Origin: Antedon mediterranea
Lineage: Eukaryota > Animalia > Echinodermata
NCBI RefSeq assembly: GCF_964355755.1
Contig: NC_092675.1
Coordinates: forward strand, 6,257,812-6,321,811
Direction of reading: 5' to 3'
Length of the DNA stretch: 64,000 nt
The translations under genes and the position numbers were made by a program. Shown piece by piece: positions 50,378 through 63,132 of the stretch. The notes under the pieces are model-generated. The model did not search any database, was not told where the DNA came from, and was given only the letters and a program-made list of their open reading frames with translations. Positions within the stretch are counted from its first letter, which is position 1. Every line of letters begins with the position of its first letter.

Positions 50378-53300
50378 AACAGAATAAAGGTACAATAGGT
50401 GAACAGTATAAATAATACATAATCATGATAAAATTACTACATAAATCGAAATAAGCACAACTATATGTTTATAATTATGTACTTGATAGTACAAGATTTT
50501 ATTTGTTTAATGATTAGTTATTGGTATATCTAACTGGTCTATCAATGTATAGGCCTAAACTAAATAAGCTAAAATGTCTGACTGAAAAAAAAAAACAACA
50601 AAAAACTTATGCATAGAAAATAAAACTAAAAAATAATTGAATAACAGTATAAAGATACAATAGGTCAAAAGTATAAATAATACATAATCATGATTATTTT
50701 TACAAAAATCGAGATAAACACAAATATATGTTTATATGTATTTAAAGTTAGATAAGCAAATAAACTACTTTATCAATGTAAAAGCCAAATAGGCTAATTA
50801 TTGGGGTAATGCTGGTAATTTCTTATATATATCTAACCTGGTATCCCAGGCATTGTAGGTATTTTTTACAAGCCAAGTCAAAAATTTCCCCAAGAACAAC
50901 GTTTTCATTATATAAATTGTCTAATAACAAATGTAATTTCATTTCAGAGGTTCCTTCGTAGAAAGATTTCCAATAATGTTCAAACCCGTTATTCCTTAAT
51001 TGTAATTTCATTGGGTAGAAGATTTCTTCTCTTAATTTACTAAATGTATTACATTCTAACATAAAGTGTGCGATAGTTCCAGTGTCATTATTGCAGAGTG
51101 CACACATACCCGTAGTCGTGGGTGAACATGACTGTTTCCTACCTTCAAGGTTTAGAGAGTTCGATCTCGCCTTAAATTACAAACAACTTCTTTTAAAGTC
51201 ATTTTTGTAAAGAAGGTATGGTTTTAGTATCGGTTTATTCTTGTACAACATATACTGTGTCAGAGATGATTTTGATTGTGCTCTCTTTTGCCATTCGTTA
51301 TTAAAATATTATCGATATCTTTGTTCTTGCATTTAAATTGGGTTAACCAATTACCAGGTGATTCGTTGGTGAACATATCACCCATGTTACATTTATGTAA
51401 GGCTTCTTTAACTTGACTTAACCATCCCCATTTTAATTTATCTTCAAGAATGTTTATGGCGTTAAAAATCGCATTGGACCATCTTTTCTTCTCCATGTTT
51501 TTTAGGCGGTTAAAATATTTAATCCGAGAGTAGTTTTGAAGCGATTCTAGTGATTGCCAGCCCAAGTCACCATATAGAGCCTCTTTTGCAACGTTACGCG
51601 GAGCCTTAAGAATGATTCTCGCCTTAAAAACTGCAGGTTTTCAACTTTTGCCATTGTTGTTTTTCCGTTACAGTACCAAACTGAGCATGCGTAATTAATG
51701 GTAGGGATTCCGATAGATTTCCATAATAGGTCCCCGTAATAAATTCTGTTAAAATCATCTTGTTCATTTAAAATGGATTTAATATACGCAATGATGCGAT
51801 TACCCTTCGTCTATGTGAAGATTGTCCGACAACGTACGAGAAATATATACTCCCAAGTATTTGTATTTATCAGTTTCTGTTATAGAATTGTTTCCTAACC
51901 TCCATTTTCTATATAAGTTGGTCCTTTGTCCTGTGATAAGGACATTTGATTTATCATAATTAAATGACATTTTCCATTCTTTAGCGAATTCTGTAGTTTG
52001 TAGGAGCATTTTAAGTTCCTTCTCGTTTTCTCCTATTAGCACGACGTCGTCGGCCTATAATAAACAATTAATTTTAGTGTTAAAGATGTTAACACCTAGA
52101 TCTGAGTTGTTGAGCATTATACTTGATGTATATTGAGAAGAGTGTTGGCGATAACGAGCATCCCTGTTTAACACCTTCATCGATATCAAATAACTCCGTC
52201 TCTAAATTAGCAAATTGGACCTTACATTTAACATTCTCATATAAATTTTGTACGATATTAATTAGGTTACCTTTTATACCGATTCGGCGTAATGCTTGTA
52301 TTAGTCCTTCTCTCCAGACTGTATCGAATGCTTTTCGGAAATCGAGAAAAGCCAAAAATGTCTTTTTACCCTCGGCTTGTCGAGTAGCTATCAAGCTTTT
52401 AAGGGTGAAGATATGGTCTTCACATCGTCTATCTTTACGGAAGCCCCCTTGTGCTTCGGTTAATAAATCATACTCTTCAAGGAATTCTGATATTCTTCGA
52501 GAAATTATTCGACTATAGATCTTAGCAATGCATGAGTTTAAGGTAATTCCTCTATAGTTATCTAAATTTCGCCGGTCGCCTTTTTTAAATATAGGATCTA
52601 TTGTGCCGTTGTTCCATTCATAAGGTATACATTCGAGATGGGAGAGCCTTTTAAACAGTTTATACAGTGTTGCAACTATTGTGTTACCGCCGTTTTTTAT
52701 CAATTCGTTAGAAATATTATCATTGCCCGGGCTTTTGTTGTTTTTACATAGGGAGACTGCGTATTTTACATCTTATGAGAATTCGAGTTTATCCAGAGTA
52801 GCGGTTTGAACATTTATGTTGTAGCTGTCAGCTAAATTGTCATTAAATAGATCATTCTCTACATATAAGTTTTTCTTACCTAAGGTATTAAAGTAATTGG
52901 TTAACGAGGACTTAATTATGGGTGCGTCTGATGTTACATTGTCCGTTCCCGGAATTATAATAGATGTAACATTGTTTGTTCGTTTATTTCCTTTTAAAAC
53001 TGACCAGAAGTCTCTAGACTGGGGTCCGCTTTTTTCCATTATTTTTTAACATCTATCCATCCGGATTTGCATAATTTTTTGTCTAATTAATGTTTTACAT
53101 TCGTTTCGTTTAGTTTGATAATCTTTCCAGAGATTATCCCTTATAGTTTCATTAAAGTCAGAATTAGTTTTGTTCTTACAATATAGTCGGTGTGCTCGAC
53201 ACGCGCTTTTTTTCGTTTTTCCATTGACTGTTCAATATCACAATCAAACCATTGTTTACTTTTTCTGGACTGTTTTTTATAGCCTATTGTCTCTTCGGCA

Positions 53301-53390
53301 GCAGACACTACGAGACGTTTCCATGATTCCCAAGCTTCGTTAGCATTTAAATGGGCTGGGTCCCAGTTAGTGAATTTAGATTCAAGGTCC
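50040..53390 (-). mobile_element. 5'-truncated, degenerate non-LTR retrotransposon (LINE ORF2 tether-RT-C-terminal CCHC, plus about 0.8 kb 3' UTR); clade not determined
   Basis: Fragmented ORFs with KQWFD, NYRGITL, QGGFR, FLDFRKAFDTV, GVKQGCSLSPTLF, LL*ADD, YKYLG and CALC..H....C; frameshifts and stops; 3' hairpin plus AATAAA near 50050. Confidence 0.9.
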
Positions 53391-53995
53391 TCTTGGAACG
53401 TCCTCTTGTTGTTGTAATCAGAAATCAGGGAATTAAGAAGACTGAAATTACAATTTTACTCTTTCCTTGTGTCATACAGTATTACAACATGAAATTATAC
53501 TTCCCATTAGTACGCCGTTCCGACCTTTGGGTCGCGAACAAAAATTGATAGGTCGCGAAATTGTTTCCGATACTGAAACATTTTTATCAAATCTATGTGA
53601 CATGTTCTCAGTTTAGTAGAATCTACCGGCGGTGGGAACTTTTACAATGAACATTAGAATAATATAAAGAACAATATAATCAGGTCCATCTTAAATGACA
53701 CTCATATTGAAGTTGTTCAGGAGAACCCCTTGACGTAATTTGTGCTTTTTTATGTGCTGGCAACAGGCTGCCGGTGGCAAAATGCCTATGGCCCCATTAA
53801 ATAGAGATTACTATAACCAGGGAAGAGTTATAACTCTTCCCTGCTATAACGATAGTGATTATGTATGCATCATGACTATATGTATTATTATGACGGTATA
53901 CATCGCAAAGATAGCTTACCTATTTCTTAAATTAACTTAATTGTCTCAATATCTTTCAAAATAAAATAAATATATTTATTTCATTAAAAAAAAAA

Positions 53996-54066
53996 TCCGC
54001 AGAGTTTCGAACCCAAGCTAGCGCTTAGAGTATTCAAACAGAGCATTACCCGTTACGCCACAAAGT
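53996..54066 (-). pseudogene. Degenerate tRNA-like Pol III unit
   Basis: - strand TGGCGTAACGG (A box), GGGTTCGAAAC (B box), immediately followed by T10. Confidence 0.45.
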
Positions 54067-54204
54067 ACATGACTAAGAAGCTGACAATAGTCTACTGGTC
54101 TATTTATACGTACTGTACTTCATATTACGTAATTCATCGTTACGTCATCATAAATATATTCATGACCCGTCAAAGCTGGTATTAACATCTTTATATCCAA
54201 GATG

Positions 54205-54281
54205 ACAGGGTAGCTCAGTCGACTGAGCAGCGTCGTGTTAACAACACGCGGATGTCATGGGTTCGAACCATATGCTGGTCG
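54205..54281 (+). pseudogene. tRNA(Ile)-like pseudogene or SINE head
   Basis: gtagctcagtcg..gagc..gtgttaacaac..gggttcgaacc; acceptor and T stems imperfect. Confidence 0.5.
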
Positions 54282-54914
54282 TGGTGGAATAGAGTTAAAT
54301 CTATATGCTACTATGTTTTCAAAAATGCACAAAATAATACGTCTTCCTTTCCACCACACCACAAGCAAGTCAATGCATCTGTCGATGCAGCAGTTTCCAC
54401 ATATTATCACTAGATCATGAAAAACGAAAGCTTAGGCCTATAGGTGCTAACAACGAGTCAGTTGATCAACCCTAAGCTGGAAAATAAAAACAAATTAATT
54501 AAGTTGGAATGCCATCGCTGCAACATCTACAAGGAGTTAGGTTGCAAACATTTTCAACATTTAAAGTTATAATTTTGTGAAAATAAATATACTTACACAA
54601 CCGGAAATAAATAAATTTACTTTTGTTTATAACAATGATTATGCTTATGAAAATATATGATGTGCGGAAATCAATAAAAACAAACAAAGTTAAATATATA
54701 TAATTCTGTAAAAATATTAACAATCTTAACATTATACCACCACTTGGCTTTCATGATATGGTTTAAGTTTTATTTATATAAATTAATTGATTACATATTG
54801 GGTGAATTTAGGCATAGAGATATATGCATCATTAGCTGCTTTTCTTGTAATTTTTCTCTCTGTATGCTGATGAATCTCATTATATTAAATTCATTTAACC
54901 CTTCTTTTGATCAA

Positions 54915-55320
54915 TTGCCAATTTTAGCATCTCATGTAGAATCCTGGTCTCTCAACAATGGTTTAACCTTCGCCCCTAATAAATGTAAAATTTTAAATTT
55001 TGACATCCGTAGAAAACCTACTGTGTTCCCCACTTTACACCTTCATGGAACTATACTTGAACAGGTCCATCATTTAAAGTACCTTGGCATTTTAATTTCT
55101 GACAACCTTAAGTGGCACACTCAAATTTTTTCTGTCTACAAATCTGCTATCAGAAAAATCTCTATTCTTAAATACCTTAAACACTCCCTTGATTCTGATA
55201 CTATTGCTTTTTTTATATAAATCCTACAAAAAACCTGCTATTGAATACTCTTGCTCTACATGATCTCCTCCCCCAATGTGAAATCGCCCGAATAAAACGC
55301 CTCGAACTAAACTCCTCTTT
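54915..55320 (+). mobile_element. CR1/L2-group LINE fragment (RT C-terminal part)
   Basis: WSLNNGLTFAPNKCKIL...KYLGILISDNLKWHTQI in ORF 54744-55220. Confidence 0.75.
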
Positions 55321-55419
55321 TAGGCTAGTCAATCTAGCAAAAAAAACAGCCCAAAGTGAAACAAATTGCAAACAGAGATTTTTCTTTTTTAAATGGTCAT
55401 ATATGATGAGGAGATCAAA

Positions 55420-58400
55420 ATTTGAGCATCACACCTCTGTCACTCATCCCGATGATATGCAAATTAGCTTAAATATGCAAATTAGGGTGAAATTACAGGG
55501 TTACCATATCTCAAAAACTACTAGTCCGAGAGAGTTGATATTTTCACTGATCTATTCAAAATGTATATATTTATATTTACTCTAATGAAACATTTTACGA
55601 AAAAATGACCGGAAGTACAACATTTGACCTTCGACCCCATTACCCAATGTTTGCATATACAATGTGACTAAAATGTCTGTAGAGACTTTATTTTGCCCTC
55701 AAATGACCCAGACATAGGTTCCTAATAACCAGCATAGGATCACTTTGTAATTCCCAAAATCACACCTTTGTCACACACCTCGAAAGTATGCAAATTAGTA
55801 GTACAATTTAAATAAAATATGCAAATAAGGGGAAAAAATTACAGTTGTCCTATATCTCGAAAACCACTAATGCTAGAGATTTGATTTTTTCACAGCCGTA
55901 TTCTAAATGTACATATTTCTATTTGCTCCAATGAAACATTTTACAAAAAATTGACCGGAAGTATGACATTTGACCCTCGATCCTATTTCTCAATATTGCA
56001 TATATAAATGAAACTAAAATGTCTGTAGAGACTTCGTTTTGCCCTCAAATGACTCCGATACAGGTTTCTAGTAGCCAACATAGGACTGTTTAGTAGATCT
56101 CAAAATCACACCTGTATCACTCACCTCCAAAGTAGGCCTATGCAAATTATTAGTACAAATTACATGAAATATGCAAATTAGAGGGTGAAATTAAAGGTTC
56201 CTATCGAAAACCACTAAGGCTAGAGAGTTGATTTTTTCAATAACTTGTTCAGAATGTACATATTTATATTTACTCTAATGAAACATTTTACGAAAAAATG
56301 ATCGGAAATACAACAATTGACCCTCGACCCAATTTATCAATGTTTGCATACATAATGCGACTAAAATGTCTATAGAGACTTTGTTTTGGACTCAAATAAC
56401 TCGGATACATGTCCTATAGTCAGCATAGGACCGCTTTGTAATTCCCAAAATCACGCCTTCATTTTGGCATTGTTGGAATTCCCTTTTTTCGTATTAGTTT
56501 ATGTACAGCGCTTAGAGGTTACACAACATTAGGCGATATATAAATCCAGGATATTATTATTATTATTTCTCAATATTTGCAAAATGCAACTAAAATGTAT
56601 GTACAGACATTGTGTTAGCCTCAAATGACTCGGATACAGGTTTTATATAGCCAGTATAAGTCAAGCACCTCGAAAGGATGCAAATTAGTAGTACAAGCTA
56701 TATAAAATATGCAAATTACAGTGAATTGCCTTATGTATCTCGAAAACGCTAATGACCGAGAGAGAGAGAGATATGGCAACTTTCTAGTACTACTGATTTG
56801 CATACTTTCAAGCGAAGTAACAGAGGTGTGATTTTGAAAATTACTAAACAGTTCTATGCTGGCTATAAAAAACCTGTGGGTCATTATTGAAAAAAAAAAT
56901 TATCGAAAGTATGACATTTGACCCTCGAACCTATTTCTCAATATTTGCATATAATGTAACTAAAATGTATGTACAGACTTTGTTTTGGCCTCAAATGACT
57001 TGGATACAGGTTTTATATAGCCAGTATAGGATCGTTTAGTAATTCCAAAAAGTCAAGCAACTGGAAAGTATGCAAATTATTAGTATAAGTTATATGAAAT
57101 ATGCAAATTACAGCCTTATGTATCTCGAAAAACGCTAATTACCGATAGAGATATGGCAACTTTCACCTGTTGTACTACTAATTTGCATATTTTCTAGGGA
57201 AGTAACAAAGGTGTGATTTTGAGAATTACTAACAGTTCTATGCTGGCTATAGAAAACCTGTATCTGAGTCATTTGAGGCCAAAACAGTCTGTACAGATAT
57301 TTTAGTTTAATTATATGAAAATATTGAGAAATAGGGTCAAGGGTCAAATGTCATAATTCAATCATGACAATTTTTGCGTAAAATGTTTCATTACAGCAAA
57401 TATAAATAATATGTACATTCTGAATCAACTCTGAATTCAAATCAACTCTCTAGCATTAATGGTTTTCGAGATATGGGAAGACTGTAATTTCACCCCTAAT
57501 TTGCATATTTCATGTAACTTGTACTAATAATTTGCATACTTTCAAGGTATGTGACAAAGATGTGATTTTGGGAATTACAAAGCGGTCCTATGCTGACAAT
57601 AGGAAAACTGTATCCGAGTCATTTGAGTCCAAAAAAATTATCTACAAACATTTTAGTCGCATTATGTATGCAAACATTGATAAATAGGGTCAAGGGTCAA
57701 TTGTTGTATTTCCGGTCATTTTTCCGTAAAATGTTTCATTAGAGCAAATATAAATATGTACATTCTGAACAAGTTTTTGAAAAAATCAACTCTCTACCTT
57801 AGCGGTTTTCGATACATATAGGAACCTGTAATTTCACCCCCTAATTTGCATATTTCATGTAACTTGTACTAATAATTTGCATACTTTGAAGGTGAGTGAT
57901 ACAGGTGTGATTTTGAGATTTACTAAACATTCCTATGTTGGCTATTAGAAACCTGTATCCGAGTCATTTGAGGGCAAAACAAAGTCTCTACAGACATTTT
58001 AGTTTTCATTATATATGCAATATTGAGAAATAGGGTCGAGGGTCAAATGTCATAGTTCCGGGCATTTTTTTGTAAAATGTCTCATTACAGCAAATATAAA
58101 TATATACATTTGAAATATTTTAGTGAAAAAATCAACACTCTAGCATTAGCGGTTTTCGAGATATGGCAACGCTGTAATTTCACTCGCTAATTTGCATATT
58201 TAATATTACTTGTACTACTAATTTGCATACTTTCGAGGTGCATGATGAAGTTGTGATTTTAGGAATTATAATACAGTTCTATGGTGGGTATTGAAAAACA
58301 ATATCCAAGTCATTGAGTCCAAAATAAAGTCTCTACGGACATTTTAATCACATATTTATGTAAATATTGAGAAATGGGGTCAAGGGTCAAAATTGGGTAC

Positions 58401-58538
58401 TTCCGGACATTTTTATGTAAAATGTCTCATTAGAGCAAATATAAATATATATATTCTGAACCAGACTGTGCAAAAATGAACTCTCTACGATTAGTAGTTG
58501 TTAAGATATGGTAACCCTGTAATTTCACCCTAATTTGT
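55420..58538. mobile_element. Foldback-like element: about 3.1-kb imperfect palindrome built from about 345-bp tandem modules
   Basis: Modules start (aaaatcacacc) near 55428, 55756, 56101, 56446 and recur inverted (gtgtgattttg) near 57211, 57561, 57906, 58253; 55479-55512 is the reverse complement of 58507-58538. Confidence 0.8.
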
Positions 58539-58843
58539 TAACGTGTCTTCCTCTTCTGTGCTTGACATTAAAACTGCCCTTAAGATGTAACCTATAATTG
58601 TTTACACTTTTATTAATTATTATAATAACAATAACCATAATAACAACAATTACAATAATTAAAGTAATCTATATCTATATATATAAATTTACGTAAGGGC
58701 AAAATTCGGTAAATCGCGCCTTACTTCTAGAATTTTTACTCGATGGTATATAAAGTTGGTTCGTACTTTCGGTACTGATTTTTACCGACTGAATTGAATC
58801 TTAGTGAAATTACAAACTGCCCAGATATAGTGGAAACAATTTA

Positions 58844-59480
58844 AACTAGAAAGTCACTCCGAGAGTGCATACCTCCGCCTACTGTAAAATTCTCCTACAT
58901 AAGATTTCTCTGGTAAAAAAAAATATATATATATATATATATTTGTGTGTCTTAATGCTGTTTGTGATTTAGGCTAATTTCGCTACAAGCATGTGTATGC
59001 GAGTTTGGTGTAATGGTTATGTAACAAGCCCTTCAATTAACAATAGCTTCAGTTGACTATCAATAGAACAGCAACGCGAAAATCAAACGAGTGAATTTGA
59101 GAAGAAATAGGTTTTTAAACTACTCGCATCAAAAAACGTCCACATCGTATCAAATTATGTTTTAAAATTACAAATCACAAATTATAACTCTTGCCTCTTG
59201 TACAAAAATAAAGTTTTTTGGACAAGTATTTCTCGAGAAAATGCAATTTCAGTTTACTTGTTACTTTAAGACTGCTCGCCGGCTTTTGAAAAATTCTGTC
59301 CTATATTTTAACACTAGCAGGTCTGAAAAGTATACTCAAAAAGTGGTCCAGAATTGGGACCATGGTCCCAAATGGTCCCAAAGGTTAATGGAATGGTCCT
59401 TGACCACATATCTATCTGTATATTCATTTTGGTAAAGATCTTGTAATTACTTTTTGAGTAATCCTGCTAACGGAGGTAAA
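58844..59480 (-). mobile_element. Helentron-associated element, copy B (inverted relative to copy A)
   Basis: Near-identical reverse complement of 47472-48109; lacks the microsatellite and has about 40 bp extra near 59400-59440. Confidence 0.75.
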
Positions 59481-59519
59481 TTAGTAAACAAGGAAGATGA
59501 GGAAATCCTTGAGAATGAG

Positions 59520-60063
59520 AAAAGGCCGGAAGCAAATTTAGTACAGTTTTTTTTTTCTTTACATTATTCAAACTTCAAACTCCATCCTAATCGTAGACAA
59601 TTATATTTGGCCAATCAGCGTCCAGATATCTAGGACTAACTCATTTTATACAGGGGGAAGTCAGTGTAATGTGTTAAAGTACTGTAAAACAATTGTGTTA
59701 AAACAAAAGGACTAATGAGGCCTAATGGATCAATTTGTAGAATATTTATTCATAAGCAGCGTTGATGGCAGAATTATGATACTGTAGTCAAAACCGACAT
59801 CACGATCAGAGGGGGCACACTTTCCGTTTTGGCTTTGCACCTTTCTGTAGGCCTATTTGAAAACATCGTCCCTCGATCGTCGATCAAAAACAAGGTAGGA
59901 AAGAAAGTCTGTTGCATTCAGGGGAGAGAGCGTGCACTGCAGAAGTGCAAACACCACACGTTGTTTGTGTACACATGGATTCTTGTGTTATGCTGTAAAT
60001 AAAAGACAATTATAAGCTAGGCTAGTTGGGAATAGAATAAAATAACAGATTTATGAATTAAAG
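59520..60063 (+). promoter_or_regulatory. Putative promoter and non-coding first exon of a third gene
   Basis: CCGGAAG (ETS-like) near 59526, GGCCAATCAG (NF-Y) at 59609, CpG-richer sequence, strong AAG|GTAAGT donor at 60064 followed by a TAGGCCTA-rich tract. Confidence 0.45.
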
Positions 60064-62949
60064 GTAAGTAACTAGGCCTAGGCTAGGCCTGCCTACTAGC
60101 CTAGCCCCTAGTCTGGGCTTCTAGGCTAGAGGCCTACCTAAATGATTTTGTTTTACCATAACGCTATGAAACACCCGGGAATACTGGTGAGAGAACGTTG
60201 GTGTACAGTAGAGCTATACTAGGCTCTCAGAGCAGGAACAACTCACTGGGCCTGGCTAGATATAGAGAGAGTCGATAGATAGGTCATGGTCCCTGACTGA
60301 TGAGGAGCTACCACCTCCATGGCATGGAGACCTACTACTAGAGTACTAGTCTACTACTACACGTCAAGCAAGGGTAGGCCTAGGCTAGGCCCTAGCTAGG
60401 CCTATTCTTGCGCAATCTGAAGTTACGCAGACAATTTAATCCGAACATATAGGCGGCCTAGGCCTAGAGTACTAGGCCCTAGTTAGTAGGCATAAAATAA
60501 ACGGGAAAGCTCTGTATCACTCATTGACATTGGCCTCATTGGCACTCGATCCGGTTACACTACTGTACCTCAGCAATGTTTAACACTAATCCACACAGCC
60601 GGCGGCGAGAGGATTGTGACTTCTCTTAAAGTTTTTGAGGCTGGCTAGGCCGTCTCATAAATCGTTTTATTTATGTTAGCAATTTTTATTCTGTTAAAAA
60701 AGTTATTAATAAATAATAGCATTATTAATTGCATTATTTATCAATGTAGGATTATTGTTTATAAGTTTTAACTAAGGTTTGGTTTTTGAGCCTTTTATTG
60801 GTTTTAATTAAGTGAATATGTTTGTTTTCTGCGCAATTTGAATTGAGTATTTTTATTCAAATTGTGCAAATAAATCCTTGCGCAAATTGTTCATTGCTTA
60901 TAACATTTAATACTATAAATCAAAGAGCTGCATAGGCAGGGTACTATAGATAGAAAAATCATAATCACAAAATCATAAATGTTAAAAACTGCCTCAATAT
61001 AAATTTATTAACATGACATGCATTAATACTAGCATAAATAGTACAGTAGCCACTTAGCCTATATTAACCTCCTAATCCTATAATAAACTGTCTTCCCTGT
61101 CTACAGTACTGCTTAGTAGACTGAATAGGGCTTTTATTAGCAGGACCTAAGTGTTTGTTACAATAAATTTCTTTGAATCATTATTTGAAATTATCATGGC
61201 TATAGCAAGCGAGACCTTCGTCAAGCATTTCATTATTTTGAATCGTTGAAATTTTGAAAAATTATGGATTTTATTTATGAATACATTTTTTTTGTTATAC
61301 TTTTTTTCTTGATCACAGTATTTTAGTATATGAAATGACTCTTATAAGTTCATATGAATTATTTTGAATATACCTTTGTCTTGCTTGTTTGAACAAACAT
61401 AATAAACTTGTTCCAGAGGAATTATGCTTTTGAATTATAAAATACAAGTTCTTTATTAACTTCTCCCTGATTATTAACAAGTAACCTGTCCTTGACATAG
61501 TATTTTCCATTGTAGCGTGAACAAACTTTTGAACACTCTGACCGAAATTGCCAAAACAAGTGAGCAAGATCTGTAGATATCAGTTATCGCAAAACAAATA
61601 ATGTCAGAGATTCTGTAACAAAAATCTCTCTTATTATAGAAACAATCCATAATGGATTGAGTATTGGTAATATTTCTTTTTTGATCTCATTTACCAAGGT
61701 ATGTTTTTCCTGTGAATAGGATTGTCACCTAAAGTTCCAAATACTATGGTTATCCTTGCCAAAAAATAAAGATTTAATACTTGTAAACCACTATAATTGT
61801 ACTTTAAAGATGTATTGTATTGTACCCCAAATGAAAATTAATGAATAAGCCATTTTGTAGTTTTGATAAATTTCATCACTAATAAAAAGACAAAATAGTC
61901 TATTTCGTGCCTAGCTTTATACATGGATAAACTGATAATAGTCATTTCTCCTGGAAGAGCAAGATATAACAAATAAATATAGTATGTTTTGCTATAAATT
62001 AGTTTTTCAGGTAAATAATTTTTCCAATTACTTAAATCCAATTTTTGGTCTAACTGAATAACTATTATGTGACATTAAAATGGCATATTCAACAAAAAAT
62101 TACAATTTGTTGTTTGTTTTTCAGGAGATAATATATCTTTAACCGTCTATAAATGCCTTGATATTTTATCAGGTTTATCATTATTTACTCTCTAGGTGTT
62201 TTAATGTCTATCCAGTCTTGCCTACTTATTTACTTTGTAGAAATTAAAATGTCAATGCTAAATTGCAGCAGTCAGTAACAGACCATTTAGTATGTTATCA
62301 CTCTAGAGTTATCAAATCTAGCACTAGTTAAACCTCTGCATACACCTCTAATAAGCAGACTCCACCAATAACGCAGACTCATCCAAAAGCCTGTTTGTTC
62401 TTCTTATCACTATCAGTGAGAGTGCATCACTACAGCTGCTAATCTCCTAAGTGTACAGCTTTCATTTCAAGCATAAAAATATACCTGTGGGACATTTTTT
62501 GTTGATGGTAATAATATAAAATTTCTACTACTATATAGAATAATGAAATCAAATGGCTTATAATATATCTTCATGAAGAAATAAAAAATAATTTTATATC
62601 AACATTCAATTCAACAATTCTTTACATTTAAACTACAGTATTCTAATACAGGTAGACTGGTACGAAAACATACAAGAGATGAGATTTTTAATGCTTTTTG
62701 ATACTTTAATTTTAATATTATAGTCAATTTTATGATTAATGATCATGTGTTGACCTGTTCAATTTTTAATTTTGTTGCATGATTGAATTTAAAGATTGCA
62801 GTAAGTTGTCCTCGTATCATATCAAAATCGATCATTGATAATTTGTCAAATAGTATTAAAAAGAAAATTTAAGTACTGTATGTTATAATGTGTGCTATCA
62901 CATTTGTATTCATGCCTGTATTATTTATAGGCAATAAACCTAACCTGGT

Positions 62950-63132
62950 TGAGTCAAGTGGGCGAGCGGTTAAAGCAGGGGCATCGTTTATCGTACCTAA
63001 AGAGCCAGCAACATCTGGGCTGACTTGCTCCTACAGTAGTTTTGGTGATGGAACAAGTCTTCTCAGATAAGGACTGTGTGGACTTTAAAGAACCCAGTTC
63101 ATCATTCGAGACGAGTAGAAGTAAACTGGTTT
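62950..63132 (+). mobile_element. Degenerate copy of the same Deu-like SINE
   Basis: gtgggcgagcggttaa head; tcttctcagataaggact and actttaaagaaccc shared with 6182-6537. Confidence 0.6.

Noticed and set aside
54205-54281. Functional tRNA gene
   Set aside because: Acceptor, anticodon and T stems do not pair properly; retained only as a pseudogene or SINE head.
58668-58843. Helitron 5' end (TCTATATATATAAA)
   Set aside because: No matching 3' hairpin-CTRR end could be identified; may be a simple TA microsatellite.
62888-63070. Coding exon of the third gene after tttatag at 62930
   Set aside because: The sequence is a decayed copy of the SINE at 6182-6537.
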